From positions 4,192,001 through 4,256,000 of the forward strand of contig OZ245033.1 in the NCBI GenBank assembly GCA_965224025.1: a stretch of 64,000 nucleotides of DNA, given 5' to 3'. Under the pieces are notes generated by a model, which had not been told where the DNA came from, made no database searches, and saw only the letters and a list, made by a program, of their open reading frames with translations. This stretch comes from Candidatus Multivorans sp. (GTDB lineage Bacteria > Acidobacteriota > Thermoanaerobaculia > Multivoradales > Multivoraceae). A program made the position numbers and the translations under genes. Shown piece by piece: positions 62,724 through 64,000 of the stretch. Each line of letters starts with the position of its first letter. The stretch's first letter is position 1.

Positions 62724-64000
62724 CTAGTCGATCCTCCACGGCAGATCACCGGGCGGCAAGCCCGCGAGTGCCCTGGCGATGTAAGCCAGCGCCTCAGTCC
62801 TCGCGTTGGTCATGACGCTCTGGGCGCGAAGCGCGAGCCCGAATTCACCGCGGCTGGAGGCCGCGTGAACAATCTTGTGGAGCGCGAAGCTAGCTCTCCG
62901 CTCGGGGTTCTCCAACCTGCCCAACGTCTCAAGCGCCTGGTCGCCCAGACCGGCTTTGGCCTGAGCATGGGTGATCGCTTCCAGTGCCCAAACCAAGGGG
63001 TGCGTCCCCGCGCAACACCTGCGGATCCGGACGCCGCTGAGGCGCTCAAACAAGTCGACAGCCGCTGCGAACGTCTCCTGAGCCGCCCCCGTCTCGCGCG
63101 CTGATATCTGGGCCTCCGCTACGTCAACCAGGAGATACAGCCGACTGAACCGCTGCCGACTCGATTGGCGGTCCGTAGCGCGCCGTCGAAGTTCCCCGCT
63201 CCAGCCTCCGATCTCGCGATTCTTGCCAGTGCACGGTCTGTCTTGAGCGCCTTGAATTCTGGATCGTCGACCTCGTTGGATGGCCCTCGATAGGCCCAGG
63301 GACTGGCGCTGATCCTGTGGAGAGTAGCTTCCGCACCCGTGCGGTCCCCAACCGCGGCTTGCGCCAACGCAAGAACCTCCAGAACCTTGGGGTCGTCGAC
63401 GACGATCCCGTCGGCCAACTCCATGACGGCGGCCCTCACCTCAGGGTCGCCGTGCGCGGTCCCCGCACCAACAACCTGGCCCAGAACGAGCAGCCGGTCG
63501 AGGGGCTCATCCAACCGTTCGTGGGCCGCAAAGGCCATCGTGACCTCGCCCGCCTCGGCCATGATTCCCGCGCTTGGCTTCGATCACTGGCGGGCAGGAG
63601 CAGGGCCGTCATGGCCACGAGCCGGCCTCGCGCGTCGAAGACCGCCGTGCCCGCTTGGCTCAGCGGCTTGGCAGAGCGGTCGGCAGGGGGTCGCGGATCC
63701 GGATGGGAGGCGAGAGCTGCGGCTGCTTCACGATCCACGGGATTGGATGGTGTCCCCATGAGACCACGGCGCACGGTCAGGACGTACCCCTCGGCCACGC
63801 TAACCGTGAAGATCTGCTCAGGTGGCCTGACGTCGGAGACGGCCGAGCCGGATCCGGAAACCGGCGCGAACTCGACCGGGGGCGAGCGCCAGAACGGCTC
63901 CTCCAGGAAGAGAAGGCATGCCTTTCCTTCCTCGTCGCGCGCAGCGAGAATCGCCGGAACGCCCTCAGCGGGCCGGACGACGGGCTGCTTCCAGGTTTCA
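62724..64000 (-). pseudogene. Fragmented protein: degenerate trypsin-like domain plus TPR-like helical repeats (runs off window end)
   Basis: AILAARDEEGKACLL..GTAVFDARGRLVAM followed by ALARIARSEAGAGNFDGAL and ALEAITHAQAKAG repeats, split over three ORFs. Confidence 0.55.

Overview
High-GC bacterial chromosomal window. Gene content suggests Acidobacteriota, possibly host- or sponge-associated (inference only). Housekeeping blocks are NAD salvage (pncA-like, nadE, pncB), pyruvate dehydrogenase (aceE-aceF-lpdA) and thiC with a TPP riboswitch. They are interleaved with accessory loci: four VapBC-type toxin-antitoxin pairs (one dead), a dead hipA, a frameshifted Mrr nuclease, an IS630 element, dispersed REP-like repeats and many deletion-truncated gene remnants. 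The most notable items are five. (1) An envelope locus at 1-7872 encodes two alkaline-phosphatase-superfamily enzymes of apparently opposite membrane topology, a small ribbon-helix-helix protein carrying the 'LRGLGY' tail usually found on such enzymes, an Oxa1/DUF106-like membrane protein, a GT2 and a divergent sulfotransferase. (2) An archaeal/eukaryotic-type tRNA wobble-U module pairs Elp3 with a nearby Trm9-like methyltransferase. (3) A bacterial topoisomerase VI is present. (4) A GriC/GriD-like carboxylate reductase pair brackets a Rieske protein and a PQQ dehydrogenase. (5) A displaced, internally deleted thiC 3' end marks a probable relict integration site. All family assignments come from reading motifs by eye; no database searches were run.
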